A DNA stretch of 63,805 nucleotides, filler included, from Octopus bimaculoides (lineage: Eukaryota): NCBI RefSeq assembly GCF_001194135.2. It is 6 parts of 5 records of this genome, joined end to end, with 100 filler letters (N's around TTAATTAATTAA, not from the genome) between each part and the next. Parts side by side here need not be neighbours in the genome. Positions count along the whole stretch, not along the records: positions 22,451 to 50,484 come from NC_068986.1; 5 more parts are not named here. The stretch is one strand, 5' to 3'. A program made the translations under genes and the position numbers. The notes under the pieces are model-generated. The model made no database searches. It was not told the origin of the DNA and saw only the letters and a list, made by a program, of their open reading frames with translations. This document shows positions 36,777 to 49,708 of the stretch, piece by piece (within the stretch, counting starts at the first letter, position 1; every line of letters starts with the position of its first letter).

Positions 36777-36870
36777 GCAAAAATGAGTGATCCTGCGACA
36801 GACTGATGTCCCGTCCATGCGGGGAACATATGCGCCAGGGAAACCGAGAAAACCGGCCTTATGCTTCGGG
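36767..36870 (+). mobile_element. headless SINE body fragment abutting the 5S copy in the opposite orientation
   Basis: actcagctggcaaaaatgagt is shared with family D and is followed by cctgcgacagactgatgtcccgtcca. Confidence 0.55.
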
Positions 36871-37959
36871 AAAAGTTTTTATCCATTTTATGTCGTATAA
36901 TACGGACACCGTCAGCAAGAAGAAAAGATATCTACTTCTTGTGTTATCTGACTCTCCTGTATTTTTACCCCCCCCCCTCCGAGATATGTTGAAATCGAGA
37001 CCATTTCATCTCTCTTTATGGCTCTCATATTTTCCTTTTCTTCGGTTTGTGACGTCACCTCAACTTATAACAAAACGTCTTCCTCGAGAGACACAAGTTT
37101 TTATGCATCAGATTGACAAAGCTTCGATTTAAGTGTGATGCATTTGTATATGATTGTTTTCCTTTGGCTTTCCTCTTGAATCCATTGCAGTGTGTTCAGC
37201 TAAATTACTGTACCATTTTTGGTGAGATGAGTTTTTGCTTTCTTAGTTCTTATAAAGATACTACTTCTAGTTTTCTGTATACATTTACGAATCCGCTTCT
37301 ACCGTTTTTATTCTCCGAGAATGTGTGGTGGTGGTGGAAGTCGTATACATTCCAATGCTCTCTTTGTCTCGCTTGCCGCAGTTGTTGCTGTTGTTGCTGT
37401 TATTTGTCGTGATGTGAAGTATGGTGGAGCAGCAGTGTTGCTTTTGCATCTCTTTTCATTTGGGCTGCCTTTGTTGTCGTTGTTGTTGTTACCATTGCTA
37501 TTGCTATTCATACGGTCTCTGTTCACTGCGGCTGCAGTGGAAAATTAATATTATATTAACTGTTGGAACAGCTAACTGCCAACTCGATTTGATAAGCCAT
37601 ATCTTTTTAAATATCTAACTTTATTTTTTAAAACGTTCAAAATTCGCCCTGAAGGGATGAACATTTTACAAAGCCAATCAACCTCAGAGGAGGTTTAATA
37701 TGAAAATGGTACAATAGAGAATCAAAAATACTTTGTTCAAAATTGGATAACAAATTACGAGCTCTAAATCAACGTCTTTCACTTGCAGAGATTATAAAAA
37801 TATAAATAGTAATTTTGGTTTCAAATTTTGGCACAGAGCCTGCTGTTTGTAAGGAGATGGGGAAGTTGATAACATCAACTCAAGTACTTGACTGGTACAT
37901 ACTTTATCGAGCTCGAAAGGCAAAGTCAACTTCGGTGGAATTTGAATTCAGAACGTAGT

Positions 37960-38725
37960 TCATGCAACAAGTTCATCCTCGTCGACGCCTGTTGTTTCCC
38001 GAGAACGTCAACGTCATCGCTCTTACCCATCACTACATTTCTATTCATTGCTACAGTAGAAATCCGCTGACCGCATTTCCCAACTGGTAGAGGGCAGTGA
38101 GTACCTGACGACATTCCCGATGACAGGCGCCTAATATTGGTCTTTTTTTTTTTACCCAGAATTGCAACTCAACCAAAGAGATGAGCTACGGAAAGGAATG
38201 TCATACAAACGGAAACCACACCGGCTCAACGCCCAGGAAAATCTGTAAGTGGCACAACTGCAGCGCGTGCCTGCGCATGAGCAGTCATGGCATGGCAAGC
38301 CCGCCATCCAGAAGGCATTAGCAGCCATGGCATGGCAAGCCTGCAATCCAGAAGGCATTAGCAGCCATGGCATGGCAAGCCCGCCATCCAGAAGGCGCTG
38401 GCAACAGATAGACCGTCTCACTAGAGGAACGTGTCCTTTCCACAGCGGAAAAGTAAACGCTCCAGTCTGGCCAAAACGAGAACTGGGGCAAGGTACAACA
38501 GTCAGGCGGTAAGTTACTAAGGAGACGATGTAAGCATTCACCACCCTTTCAGGGATAATTTCCTCTCGTCCCATTTCTGAATTAAACTGGTCACCCTGCT
38601 TGTAACCTCGCCCCACTAATTGTCCACCTGGAGGTTCAGATAGAACTAGACGGCATGCAATTTCACCGGTCCGTCTGTCTACCGACCTACTATTCTAGTC
38701 GTTGGCATAGACTTGTCTCTCAAGA
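37960..38725 (-). mobile_element. L1/Tx1-clade LINE, copy 2 (ORF2 post-RT fragment)
   Basis: TDGPVKL...WGEVTSRVTSLIQKWDERKLSLK, AYIVSLVTYRLTVVPCP, LWKGHVPLVRRSICCQRLLDGGLAMPWLLM and GVDEDEL. Cut by a family A SINE at ~37955. Confidence 0.8.
38281..38396. repeat. 40-bp tandem repeat, ~2.9 copies
   Basis: Unit gcagccatggcatggcaagcccgccatccagaaggcatta starts at 38281, 38321 and 38361. Confidence 0.95.
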
Positions 38726-38989
38726 TTTCTATTATAGGCAAAAGGTCTGAAATTTTGGGGAAAGGGCTAGTCGAAGACATCGACCTCAGTGCTCAACTGG
38801 TACTTATTTTATCGACACCGAAAGGATGAAAGGCAAAGCCGATTTCGGCGGAATTTGAACTCAAAACGTAAAGGCAGACGAAATGCCGCTAAGCATTTTG
38901 TCCGTCTTTACGTTCCGTCGTAACAGAAGCTTAATCCAGGCACGAGGTCGGCAATGTTTCGAGTGGCTGATACTAGAGGNNNNNNNNNN

Positions 38990-39043
<54 letters not shown>

Positions 39044-39063
39044 TGAAGGGTAAAAATCATTCA

Positions 39064-39740
39064 TGATTTTACCAGGTGGTAAGCGCAGAAATAAAAACCT
39101 CATAGTTAAATTTTACAAAATATTTTATAATTATATACATTATTATAACAAGGGATTGGCTATACGCCTCACCACGCACTGTTAAAATAGACGCCCGAAG
39201 ACACTATTACCACCTTAAAATCCCCGAGAATATATATATAAAAATTATAATCAAGGGTACCAGATAGTACCACCATTGTTAGGAGTAAGAGTGAAAACGA
39301 CTCAAAACCAGTTATCACTTATACACACTGGTGAGTTCGAGGAAACGAGTAAATATAAAAGTGAACTTACCAATAACAACTGAAAATCGCAAATGAAATT
39401 TTCTGACGTACTCATCTCACGTGATTTCGAACCCTGTGGTAAGCATTTAGTTCTCATCAGTGAGTATTACTGCCGAGGGCTAAAGATACTCGTGTCACCG
39501 TGTGTGTATTGACAATTTGAATGCAGCGGCAAATTCAAAAATGATTGAAGTGAATAAAATTATTGTAATATATAAGGATATTATTATAAATAAATAATAA
39601 TAATAATAATATAAGTGGCTAGCAAGCATAAAAATCACCATAGAGGTAAAATTATTAATTTATAATCAAAGGTACCAGATAGCACCAGCATTGCTAGAAA
39701 TAAGAGTCAAAATGACTCAAAACTATAGTTATCACTTATT
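39064..39740 (-). mobile_element. hammerhead-bearing non-coding element with an ~80-bp direct repeat (39245-39322 / 39660-39739)
   Basis: The direct repeat ttataatcaa(g/a)ggtaccagatag...gactcaaaac..gttatcacttat is spaced 415 bp apart and brackets the ribozyme. The flank is homologous to 14673-14790. Confidence 0.55.
39409..39466 (-). ncRNA. type I hammerhead ribozyme with a U16.1-to-G substitution (probably inactive)
   Basis: UACUCA-CUGAUGA-GAAC(17 nt)GUUC-GAAA-UCACGUGA-GA|UGAGUA. Stems I and II pair perfectly and stem III is palindromic, but the triplet is AGA rather than NUH. Confidence 0.8.
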
Positions 39741-39827
39741 GCGCGTTAGGTTACATTATTTATGCTCCCTATAAGTGTATTGAGCACTTCGTGTTTATTA
39801 CATAAAGCTACATCAAAGGTGTATGCA

Positions 39828-39872
<45 letters not shown>

Positions 39873-40550
39873 NNNNNNNNNNNNNNNNNNNNNNNNNNNN
39901 NNNNNNNNNNNNNNNNNNNNNNNNNNNNNNNNNNNNNNNNNNNNNNNNNNNNNNNNNNNNNNNNNNNNNNNNNNNNNNNNNNNNNNNNNNNNNNNNNNNN
40001 NNNNNNNNNNNNNNNNNNNNNNNNNNNNNNNNNNNNNNNNNNNNNNNNNNNNNNNNNNNNNNNNNNNNNNNNNNNNNNNNNNNNNNNNNNNNNNNNNNNN
40101 NNNNNNNNNNNNNNNNNNNNNNNNNNNNNNNNNNNNNNNNNNNNNNNNNNNNNNNNNNNNNNNNNNNNNNNNNNNNNNNNNNNNNNNNNNNNNNNNNNNN
40201 NNNNNNNNNNNNNNNNNNNNNNNNNNNNNNNNNNNNNNNNNNNNNNNNNNNNNNNNNNNNNNNNNNNNNNNNNNNNNNNNNNNNNNNNNNNNNNNNNNNN
40301 NNNNNNNNNNNNNNNNNNNNNNNNNNNNNNNNNNNNNNNNNNNNNNNNNNNNNNNNNNNNNNNNNNNNNNNNNNNNNNNNNNNNNNNNNNNNNNNNNNNN
40401 NNNNNNNNNNNNNNNNNNNNNNNNNNNNNNNNNNNNNNNNNNNNNNNNNNNNNNNNNNNNNNNNNNNNNNNNNNNNNNNNNNNNNNNNNNNNNNNNNNNN
40501 NNNNNNNNNNNNNNNNNNNNNNNNNNNNNNNNNNNNNNNNCTCTCTCCCC

Positions 40551-40584
<34 letters not shown>

Positions 40585-40719
40585 TACATACACATACATA
40601 TATACGCATACACGTATAGCCATCCAATCACAGAACAAATTCAAGTATACAAAATTTAGAAAAAGTCAATAATTATAATAAAAAACAACAATTTAAATAT
40701 TGATAAAGATGAAAAAGGC

Positions 40720-40870
40720 GGGACCTGGTTTATGAACCGTGGGTAGGTAGATAAGAGGTAGGGACAATATGGTTGGCAGCGGCAGAGATATCATGAAGTG
40801 GGCGTGATCAGTGGTTGGTAAGATTGGGTATGATAGTTGTAAGCGTGGTAACGGAAGCTGAGTTGGGTGT
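40720..40870 (-). pseudogene. possible Penelope-like pre-RT remnant
   Basis: LHDISAAANHIVPT/LIYLPTVHKPG resembles the PLE IYFLPKIHKP motif. Short match that needs a frameshift. Confidence 0.35.
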
Positions 40871-42729
40871 AGACGGTGGTGTAGTTGTGGTTGTGGTGGT
40901 GGTAGTGTTGAGGGTCGCGTTGTCGGTGACAGACGAGTGCCGAGATAGTATAGTAGGCGGGAATAGGGGCTGTTACATCGCTGTTGTTGTTCTTGTTGCT
41001 GAGTCCTAGGCCAACTCCAATCGAGTACATTTACGATCACAGACAAAACAGCTGCGACAGACGTGTCTGTTTAGAGGTATCTGAAACGACAAAATCTTAT
41101 GTGCCTCTGTGATACAGTGTAGTTTGGGTGAGATTTGGCTGCTATTTCTAGCCATCCGAATGATCACCTACATATCTCATCGTTGGTGCTTTTTGTCACT
41201 GCTGCTGATTTTTAGCTCTTGGTTAATCATGAATTAGCAACACCATGGACATGGGTTACGTTACCGATTGACAATATATATATATATATATATATATATA
41301 NNNNNNNNNNNNNNNNNNNNNNNNNNNNNNNNNNNNNNNNNNNNNNNNNNNNNNNNNNNNNNNNNNNNNNNNNNNNNNNNNNNNNNNNNNNNNNNNNNNN
41401 NNNNNNNNNNNNNNNNNNNNNNNNNNNNNNNNNNNNNNNNNNNNNNNNNNNNNNNNNNNNNNNNNNNNNNTATATATGTATATGCATATATACATGCGCA
41501 TATGTACATACTCACATCTATACGTATATATATATATGCATATGTGGGCACAGGACGTCACGAAACGTGTACAACAAAAAAAATACGAAGCACGAGTACA
41601 TGGAACATGGACTATTCTTTCGAACAATGAAAGACACAAGTGGAAAACAAAACAAACATCATAAAAAACGACCCTTCATCAGTTGTTGGCTGTTTTTCTA
41701 GTCTCGTATTTCGAGCATTTAACAACAATATATGCTTATATGTATATATTCTTTTATTCTTTTATTTTTTCTGTCATTTGACTGCGGCCATGCTGGAGCA
41801 TGTTGTCACTCAATATTTCACTTAAGCAATTATCGGTACAGAGATAATTATTAGAAGCTCAGCAAACGAACATTTGAAGTTGTGTTCTAAATGTTTATTT
41901 GACGTTTATTAGTGTCCATCACTTGTCAGTATGTTACTGTTTTTGTCTTTAACAACCTCGAGTGTCTGAATTTCGTAGGGTCATAAAACTTGACTACACA
42001 AAGAATACTTCATGTTTCAGTTTTTGTTTGAAACTTTACAAAATTTTAACATAAGAAATTCTCAATGTTATTATGATTTTGTAAAGATCTAAAGTACACA
42101 ACATAATGAAGTAAAATAGTTAAGACTTTGGATAACCGTATTTTTCGGAAACAAGTCGAAGTATCTATATAATGTAAAAATATGGTGTAAAGATTTAAAC
42201 AATGTCACTCTCTTTTCCTATATTGTAGCATTTTACATGAGATTTTTAGTCCGCCAAAGTTGTCTTGGAATAGAAGTCAGCCTACCTTTTTTTTTTTGCT
42301 GTAAATTTTGGTTTGAGAAATTCGACTCGTATGCTGGAAAATACGGTAAAAATATTAAATTAAATATTTATTAATCTCAAAGTTTCAAAATTTGCAACAG
42401 ATTCATATTTAATGCATTACAAAATAGGATCTTTTTTTTTTTAAGGAAAAGCTCACTGACTTGCAGGCCCGGTCCCAAACAGGGTGCGCAGATAAATGCA
42501 AATACATAAACCAAATGAATTCTTCGATGCTATAACTCTACGTAGGCAGTGACATCCATTTCTTCGTTATAAAGAAGGAAAATATGACACTAGCCGTCGT
42601 CACGTTATGAATGGTTCCCGTTAACTCACTTGGGTTCATGCATAATGTCTCAATCAAGAGCAGTTCGGATATTTTTTGAAAGCATAATAATGTCCTATGT
42701 TAATAACAGAGAAAGTAGAACAGATGCTA

Positions 42730-42945
42730 AAGATTACGGGTTTATCTTCTTCACTTCACATATCAACGAAGTCAGAGAGCGCGTTCTTATAGGAAAATTA
42801 AGTGACACTTAACACAGTTTCCGTCCGGGTAGAAGCTTCTTAGCACAGCTTTTGCAGCCTTACGACTGGATACTGAAGCAGCAACTACTCAACCAGTCAA
42901 CTTAGAGTTAGATGTGGTATATATCTTGACTTCTCAAAGGTCATT
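42730..42945 (+). mobile_element. CR1/Jockey-group LINE RT fragment
   Basis: DYGFIFFTSHINEVRER...HSFRPGRSFLAQLLQPYDWILKQ...DVVY/LDFSK matches YRPISLTS...QHGFRPGRSCLTQLL...YLDFxKAFD. Confidence 0.8.
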
Positions 42946-43195
42946 AAGGAAGTTAAACATTGAAGATTATGTCACAAACAACGTGAGCTCAACATGATTG
43001 GAAAATTAGGAAATTAGGGAAGTGTCTGAATGACTTTTCAAGAGAGAGAGAGAGAGAGACAGAAAGACAGGAAGGGAGACACAGCGAGATATAGATGGTG
43101 CCTGAGAGAGAAAGGAAGAAGTCAAGCCGTTGCAATTGCCAGCCAAAAGTGCTGTTTCAAAAGATAGTTCCGAGTGATGTGTAGTAGCTTTTCTA

Positions 43196-44464
43196 TCAGG
43201 TTGAGTAAATAGTAAACAACGTTTTGAACCACGAAGAATTCGTACCGGATTTTTGCAGAGTTTTGAATTTTTAAACATTTTTTTGCAACAGTCTGATAAT
43301 ACAGACATAAAATTGCCCAAATGCATAAATAAATTAACATTGATATTTTTTTAACGTTGTTACAAATATCTGGAATAGAACTACCAAAGTGCGATATTCG
43401 AGCAATTTTGTTATTCAACTTCAAAAAAGGACGTAAAGCAGCTGAAACTGCCCGTGATATCAACGAAACGTTTGGTGAGGAAATGACCAGTGAGTGGTCA
43501 GCTCGAAAATGGTTTAAACGATTTCACAGTGGAGACCTGAGCCTTGAAGATCGTGAGCGTGGTGGACACACATCTGTCATCGATGACGGTCAATCAAAGA
43601 CCGTCATTGAGAAAGATTCACGTAAGACCACTCGAAAACTGGCAAAAATACTTCAAGTTAGCCAGAAAACTGCCTGCAACTATTTGCATGCGATCGTAAA
43701 ATCAAAATAGCTCGACAAATGGGTACCACACAATTTGGATGAAAATCAGAAAATGTGCAGATATGAAATTTGTTCGTCGCTTCTTCTCTGTAACCAGACC
43801 GATCCATTTCTTGACCGTATTGTAACTTGCGATGAAATGTGGATTCTGTACAATAATAAAAAAACGTTCTTCGCAGTGGTTGAACCAAAATGAAGCACCA
43901 AAAACCTTCCCTAAACCCGAGCTCTTCAAAAAGAAGGTTATGGTGATTGTTTGGTGGTGTACTGCTGGACCCATCTACTATAACTTCTTAAAACCCGGAA
44001 AAACCATTACTGCAGAAACATATTGCCATGAAATTGCCGAAATGAACGAAAAACTGGTACTCATCCTCCATCCCAGATTGATCAAAAGAAGAGGGCCAAT
44101 CATTCTTCATGACAATTCTCAACCACTAATGAAGTTGAGGTAACTTGGCTACGAAGTTCTTCCCCATCCAGCTTATTCTTCAGACCTTTCTCCACCCGAC
44201 TACAACTTTTTCAAGCACCTCGATGGTTTCCTGCGAGAGAAAGAGTTCAAAAATCAAACCGATGCTGAAAGTGCGTTCAAAGAGTTCAATAGTTCCAGAA
44301 CTCCAGATTTTTTATGTTACCGGAAGAAACAAACTTGTAACTCGTTTGCAAAAATGTGTTGACTGTAATGGTACTTACTTTGGTGAATAAAATTTCCGCA
44401 TTGTTGGAATATATTGTGATGAATTTCATGTTTCAAAACGTTGCTTACTTTTGACCCAGCCTGA
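43196..44464 (+). mobile_element. near-full-length mariner (DD34D) with a disrupted transposase
   Basis: TIRs tcaggttgagtaaatagtaaacaacgttttgaa / ttcaaaacgttgcttacttttgacccagcctga, with TA on both sides. Motifs WVPHNL, TCDE.WILY, LHDNSQP and HPAYSSDLSPPDYNFF across ORF pieces 43357-43710, 43832-44143 and 44145-44390. Confidence 0.95.
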
Positions 44465-44984
44465 TACTTAGCGTGTGACATTCAAAACACTACTTTATCA
44501 TTAGAATTTGTATAGATTATATTGCAGGAATTTGCCATTGTTTTGTATTTGACGTGTACATTGAACATGAATTTATTTTAACATTGTACTGTGCTACAAA
44601 TAATGCTTCCATCATTAATCGCCTATTTTTATGGGGAAATTATGCATAGTATGTATGTGTTGTCCACTAATGTTTTCTTATCTAGCTTTGACTTGTGTTG
44701 CATGGAGTAGTGTTGCAACTGCTCCGTTGTATAAGCGTGTGGTGAACCGTAAAGTCTATACAACTTCTGGCGATAAGTTTACAAAAAATGCTTTAACTCA
44801 CTACTGCAACAAAAGTCCGCATCCCGAAGATAAGACTGTGAAAATCTATAAACGTTGATAACAGGTTTTAGGAATTACGTTGTTCAAAATGAATAGTACG
44901 AGGTTCATACTTTTTCAAGATATGCAAAAGGTAATAAGAAATCATAAAACTAGGATACAGCCTCATTTTCAATACACTACAATA

Positions 44985-45066
<82 letters not shown>

Positions 45067-45376
45067 NNNNNNNNNNNNNNNNNNNNNNNNNNNNNNNNNN
45101 NNNNNNNNNNNNNNNNNNNNNNNNNNNNNNNNNNNNNNNNNNNNNNNNNNNNNNNNNNNNNNNNNNNNNNNNNNNNNNNNNNNNNNNNNNNNNNNNNNNN
45201 NNNNNNNNNNNNNNNNNNNNNNNNNNNNNNNNNNNNNNCACACACACACACACAGTACGCATATATTTTCTCCGAAGATCGGAGAAAGAGTTAATTCGAA
45301 ATTATTTTGAAGCTCAGGGTGTGATTGTTGAACCTAGCCTTGAAATTCCCCTCTGTAAGGCCACACATTTCTATAC

Positions 45377-45421
<45 letters not shown>

Positions 45422-46483
45422 CTTTATATATATATACTTTTTAAGGGATTTGAACACACATTTCACGAACCTGTAAACCAATGCGTTCACTTCTCAACCA
45501 ATTTGTCTTCACAAGAAAATTATGCTTGAAAGTATATAATAAAAAGAGAAGCGAGCTGTCGTATAAAATATGCAGCTAAAACAAGTGCAGTACCGGATAT
45601 TGTGTTCTATTGGAGGTTTGTACAAAAATTCTGCACATCATGCAATTCCTTGATACTGAGTGGATTTCTTGCTTCTTCAGCGTGCTTCGCTAATCCAACC
45701 ACCATCTTCATTTCCTGACCTCACTTTCGCATCTTTTTATCTCTTCTTTTCCTCTGTTTAAGAATGATGCATGTTTAGTTTTAAGTTTCTGTAAAAATGT
45801 TCTCAGAATTCAGAGATTAACGTTTTGTGTCAAATCTCGGTTTGATGTCAGACTTTTCACTGAACAAAAGCGAACATTTTTATAAAACTATTCACATATG
45901 TACGCTTACGAGTACGTCTTTATTTTTAATCGATTGCATACATTTGTTGAGAGTATGTCAGTGACAACACACACACACACACACACACACGCAAACACAC
46001 ACGCAAACACACACGCAAACACACACGCACACACATGCGCAAATACACGTACGCGCACACACGCTCATATATATGTGTATGATATATAACATATATGTAG
46101 ATAGACACATGTATGTACATACATATATATATGTGTATATATATACATACATACATATATATATATATATATGCGTGTATGTGTGTGTCTGTGTGATATA
46201 GTTTTCATGTCTTTGTGTGTGTACGTGTGCATGTGTGAATGCATGTGCGCGCCCGTGTGTGCGTGCGTGTGTGTGTAAGCTAGATAAGAAGGCAGAAATA
46301 CAAAGAGAAAGATTAGTGAGAGTACGAGTGTGTGTTAGAGTGAAACGGCTGGCGTATCAAGAGTATTACTGTTTACAGTTTCTGGGATATTTACACTGGC
46401 ACAAATAGAGGCAGGTAGAGTTAAGTCGATGTTGTACACACACGTATACAAATGCGCACACATAACCAATATTTGTATGTGTG

Positions 46484-46531
<48 letters not shown>

Positions 46532-46573
46532 CGTGTGCGTGTGTGTATGTGCACATGTATATATATAATATAC

Positions 46574-46619
<46 letters not shown>

Positions 46620-46620
46620 G

Positions 46621-46660
<40 letters not shown>

Positions 46661-46830
46661 AAATATATACTTACACATATATATATACGTATGTATATAT
46701 ACGTATATATGTTTACATGTATGCATATATGTATATATATGTGTGTATATATATATATATAATACATTCATATGCAAAAATACATACCACTTTTCATCTC
46801 TTGTGTATATGTTTGTGTGTGTGTGTGTGT

Positions 46831-46862
<32 letters not shown>

Positions 46863-47048
46863 TACAAAACATTTACAAATAATGCAACACACACCGGAAA
46901 ACACAGATATACGCATACACAATTTCAGTCGTTCTCCTTCGATTTGCAACCTTCTGTCAACCAGTTCGTAAATGAAAAACACACTCATTCTTGTCCCCCT
47001 CCTTTCGTGTGTGTGTGTGTGTGTTTCTGTGTGCGCTTGTGTGTCTGA

Positions 47049-47088
<40 letters not shown>

Positions 47089-47486
47089 ATATGCGTATGC
47101 CTGAATGTTTTCTGGGATACGTATAAACNNNNNNNNNNNNNNNNNNNNNNNNNNNNNNNNNNNNNNNNNNNNNNNNNNNNNNNNNNNNNNNNNNNNNNNN
47201 NNNNNNNNNNNNNNNNNNNNNNNNNNNNNNNNNNNNNNNNNNNNNNNNNNNNNNNNNNNNNNNNNNNNNNNNNNNNNNNNNNNNNNNNNNNNNNNNNNNN
47301 NNNNNNNNNNNNNNNNNNNNNNNNNNNNNNNNNNNNNNNNNNNNNNNNNNNNNNNNNNNNNNNNNNNNNNNNNNNNNNNNNNNNNNNNNNNNNNNNNNNN
47401 NNNNNNNNNTATATATATATATATATATATATACATATATATACATATATACATATATATATATATACACATATATGTATATATAC

Positions 47487-47530
<44 letters not shown>

Positions 47531-47908
47531 ATATATGTATGTATGTACATATGTATGTATATATATATGTATATATTCATTGTAATGTATGTCTTTCCAT
47601 GTCTTCCTCCTTCTGCTATTTTTTCCCCTATGTATAACACTGTCAGGTATGATCTTATCCTCTCGCATCGACTTCTTTCCTAAAGACAGTATACTACAAA
47701 ATGTCTTGTTTGTGTTAATAAAATGTTTATCCCTATTGCTGATAACCTGTATGTATGTATATGAATGTATGTATGTATAAATGTATGTAAGTATGTGTGT
47801 ACGTGTGTACGTATTTGTAAGTATACACACGCACGCATCACAAACACACACACATACCACACACGCACACACGTATATATACAAACACCTACATAGATAC
47901 ATATACAC

Positions 47909-47948
<40 letters not shown>

Positions 47949-48533
47949 GATCACACACATATACACTCACACATACATACGCACTCATACACGCATATAT
48001 ATTCTGTCTACTGAAACACCCAAGAAGTTAGTTTGAATAACCTTAAAACTCGCAGACTGTGATATACAAGTCCAGGCGGGTGCTACGTCCTTTATGCTAT
48101 GTGTAAAATATGTAATAATCATTGCCCATACAATCCAGGCAGAATGTTTAAAATGCATAGAAGGCTGCCCACCATGCCATATATATTCTACAGAAAGCGA
48201 GTTCTTATCGTATTGCAGTATAAATTTTTGCCTGAACTAGTTGTGCTTTATTCATCACTCCCACGAAAAGAACCATGTTAGAAAAAGTTGCTATAACAAT
48301 CGAATGGCACCGAGACCAATGTTTTACAACAAAAAAGATAAGCAAAACAAAAAACAAAAAACAATAAACAATAAAAAATAGATGACGCAGTTGTATCCGG
48401 CTACTTTCGGCCAACAACAATTACCTAGAAGTGTTAGTTATGGCGTCGCGAACTATGATACTAAAAAAAAAATTACCAGGTAGTGCTATTAAATTAGACA
48501 TTTCCTGGCCTTATCGTAGGTTATCTGAGGTAT

Positions 48534-48595
<62 letters not shown>

Positions 48596-48739
48596 NNNNN
48601 NNNNNNNNNNNNNNNNNNNNNNNNNNNNNNNNNNNNNNNNNNNNNNNNNNNNNNNNNNNNNNNNNNNNNNNNNNNNNNNNNNNNNNNNNNNNNNNNNNNN
48701 NNNNNNNNNNNNNNNNNNNNNNNNNNNNNNNNNNNNNNN

Positions 48740-48802
<63 letters not shown>

Positions 48803-48806
<4 letters not shown>

Positions 48807-49708
48807 GTGGGTGGAAAGCAACTAGGTATCAGAAATTGCTGATAGATTATTTAATATCACTGAAGTCATGACGAAAACATTTTTTAAACAGACAACACTA
48901 ATAGGGACTTCTTATTTACTTATTGCCTTGTTTCTTATATCTTGGTTTCCAGATGGCTGGTCGCTTGATTGTTCAGGAGCGAGCTAAGATAACAACACGC
49001 TATGAAGTATGGAATTCCATTGTTTTGATTCAGAGATGGTGGCGTGCATGGAATGTCAAGCATACAATGCTACATTCAGAGACAATAAAAAGTTGTCATG
49101 CAAAGCTGATGACCACGGGCTCTGTGAACGATGCAAGAAGAAGTGGCTTTCCAACTACATCCCAATTAGGGGAGAACGTAGCAACAGTGCAACAAATGTT
49201 TAATCGCATCCCGCAAAAATCAACACGTCAAGCAGCTCGTGAAAGTGGACTAACAAGACACACAATACGTAGGGTGTTGCATAAAGGATTGAATTTTCGT
49301 TCGCGGAAACCCCATTACGTACTGGAACTAAAACCCGATGACTGTGAGTGTAGAAGTCCAGAACTCCAAGAAGTCCAGACCTCACTCCATGTGATTTTTA
49401 CCTGTGGGGTTACACAAAAGAGGTGTAGAAGACAAAACGTTGTATACCGGAGGACTTGGAGACACGGATTCAGGAGGTTCTCAATGATATCCCAGACGAC
49501 GTCCTTCAGAAGGTTGTTCATCCCATCCCTGGCCGTTTGAGGAAACTGGTTGACGCTACCGGTGCTAACGTTGAAATATGAAGCTTCACTTTCATTTTCC
49601 CATATGATAAAGATGTATCGTTTGTTTCAATACATTTGTAAAAGGAATGTGGACTTCATTACAAATTGTTAATGCCTACCTAATGCCTACCAATTTTTAA
49701 TGCCTACC
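48803..49708 (+). mobile_element. maT/DD37D-like element with an internal deletion
   Basis: N-terminal DUF4817-like MAGRLIVQERAKI...STRQAARESGL...KPDDCECR joined to RSPDLTPCDFYLWGYTKE...RLRKLVDATGANVEI*. Left end cagggtgggtggaaagcaact. Confidence 0.85.

Noticed and set aside
41660-41690. CTGATGA on the minus strand (also 10764, 12047, 14072, 45674, 52481 and others)
   Set aside because: No correctly placed stem II plus GAAA and NUH; an isolated heptamer is expected by chance.
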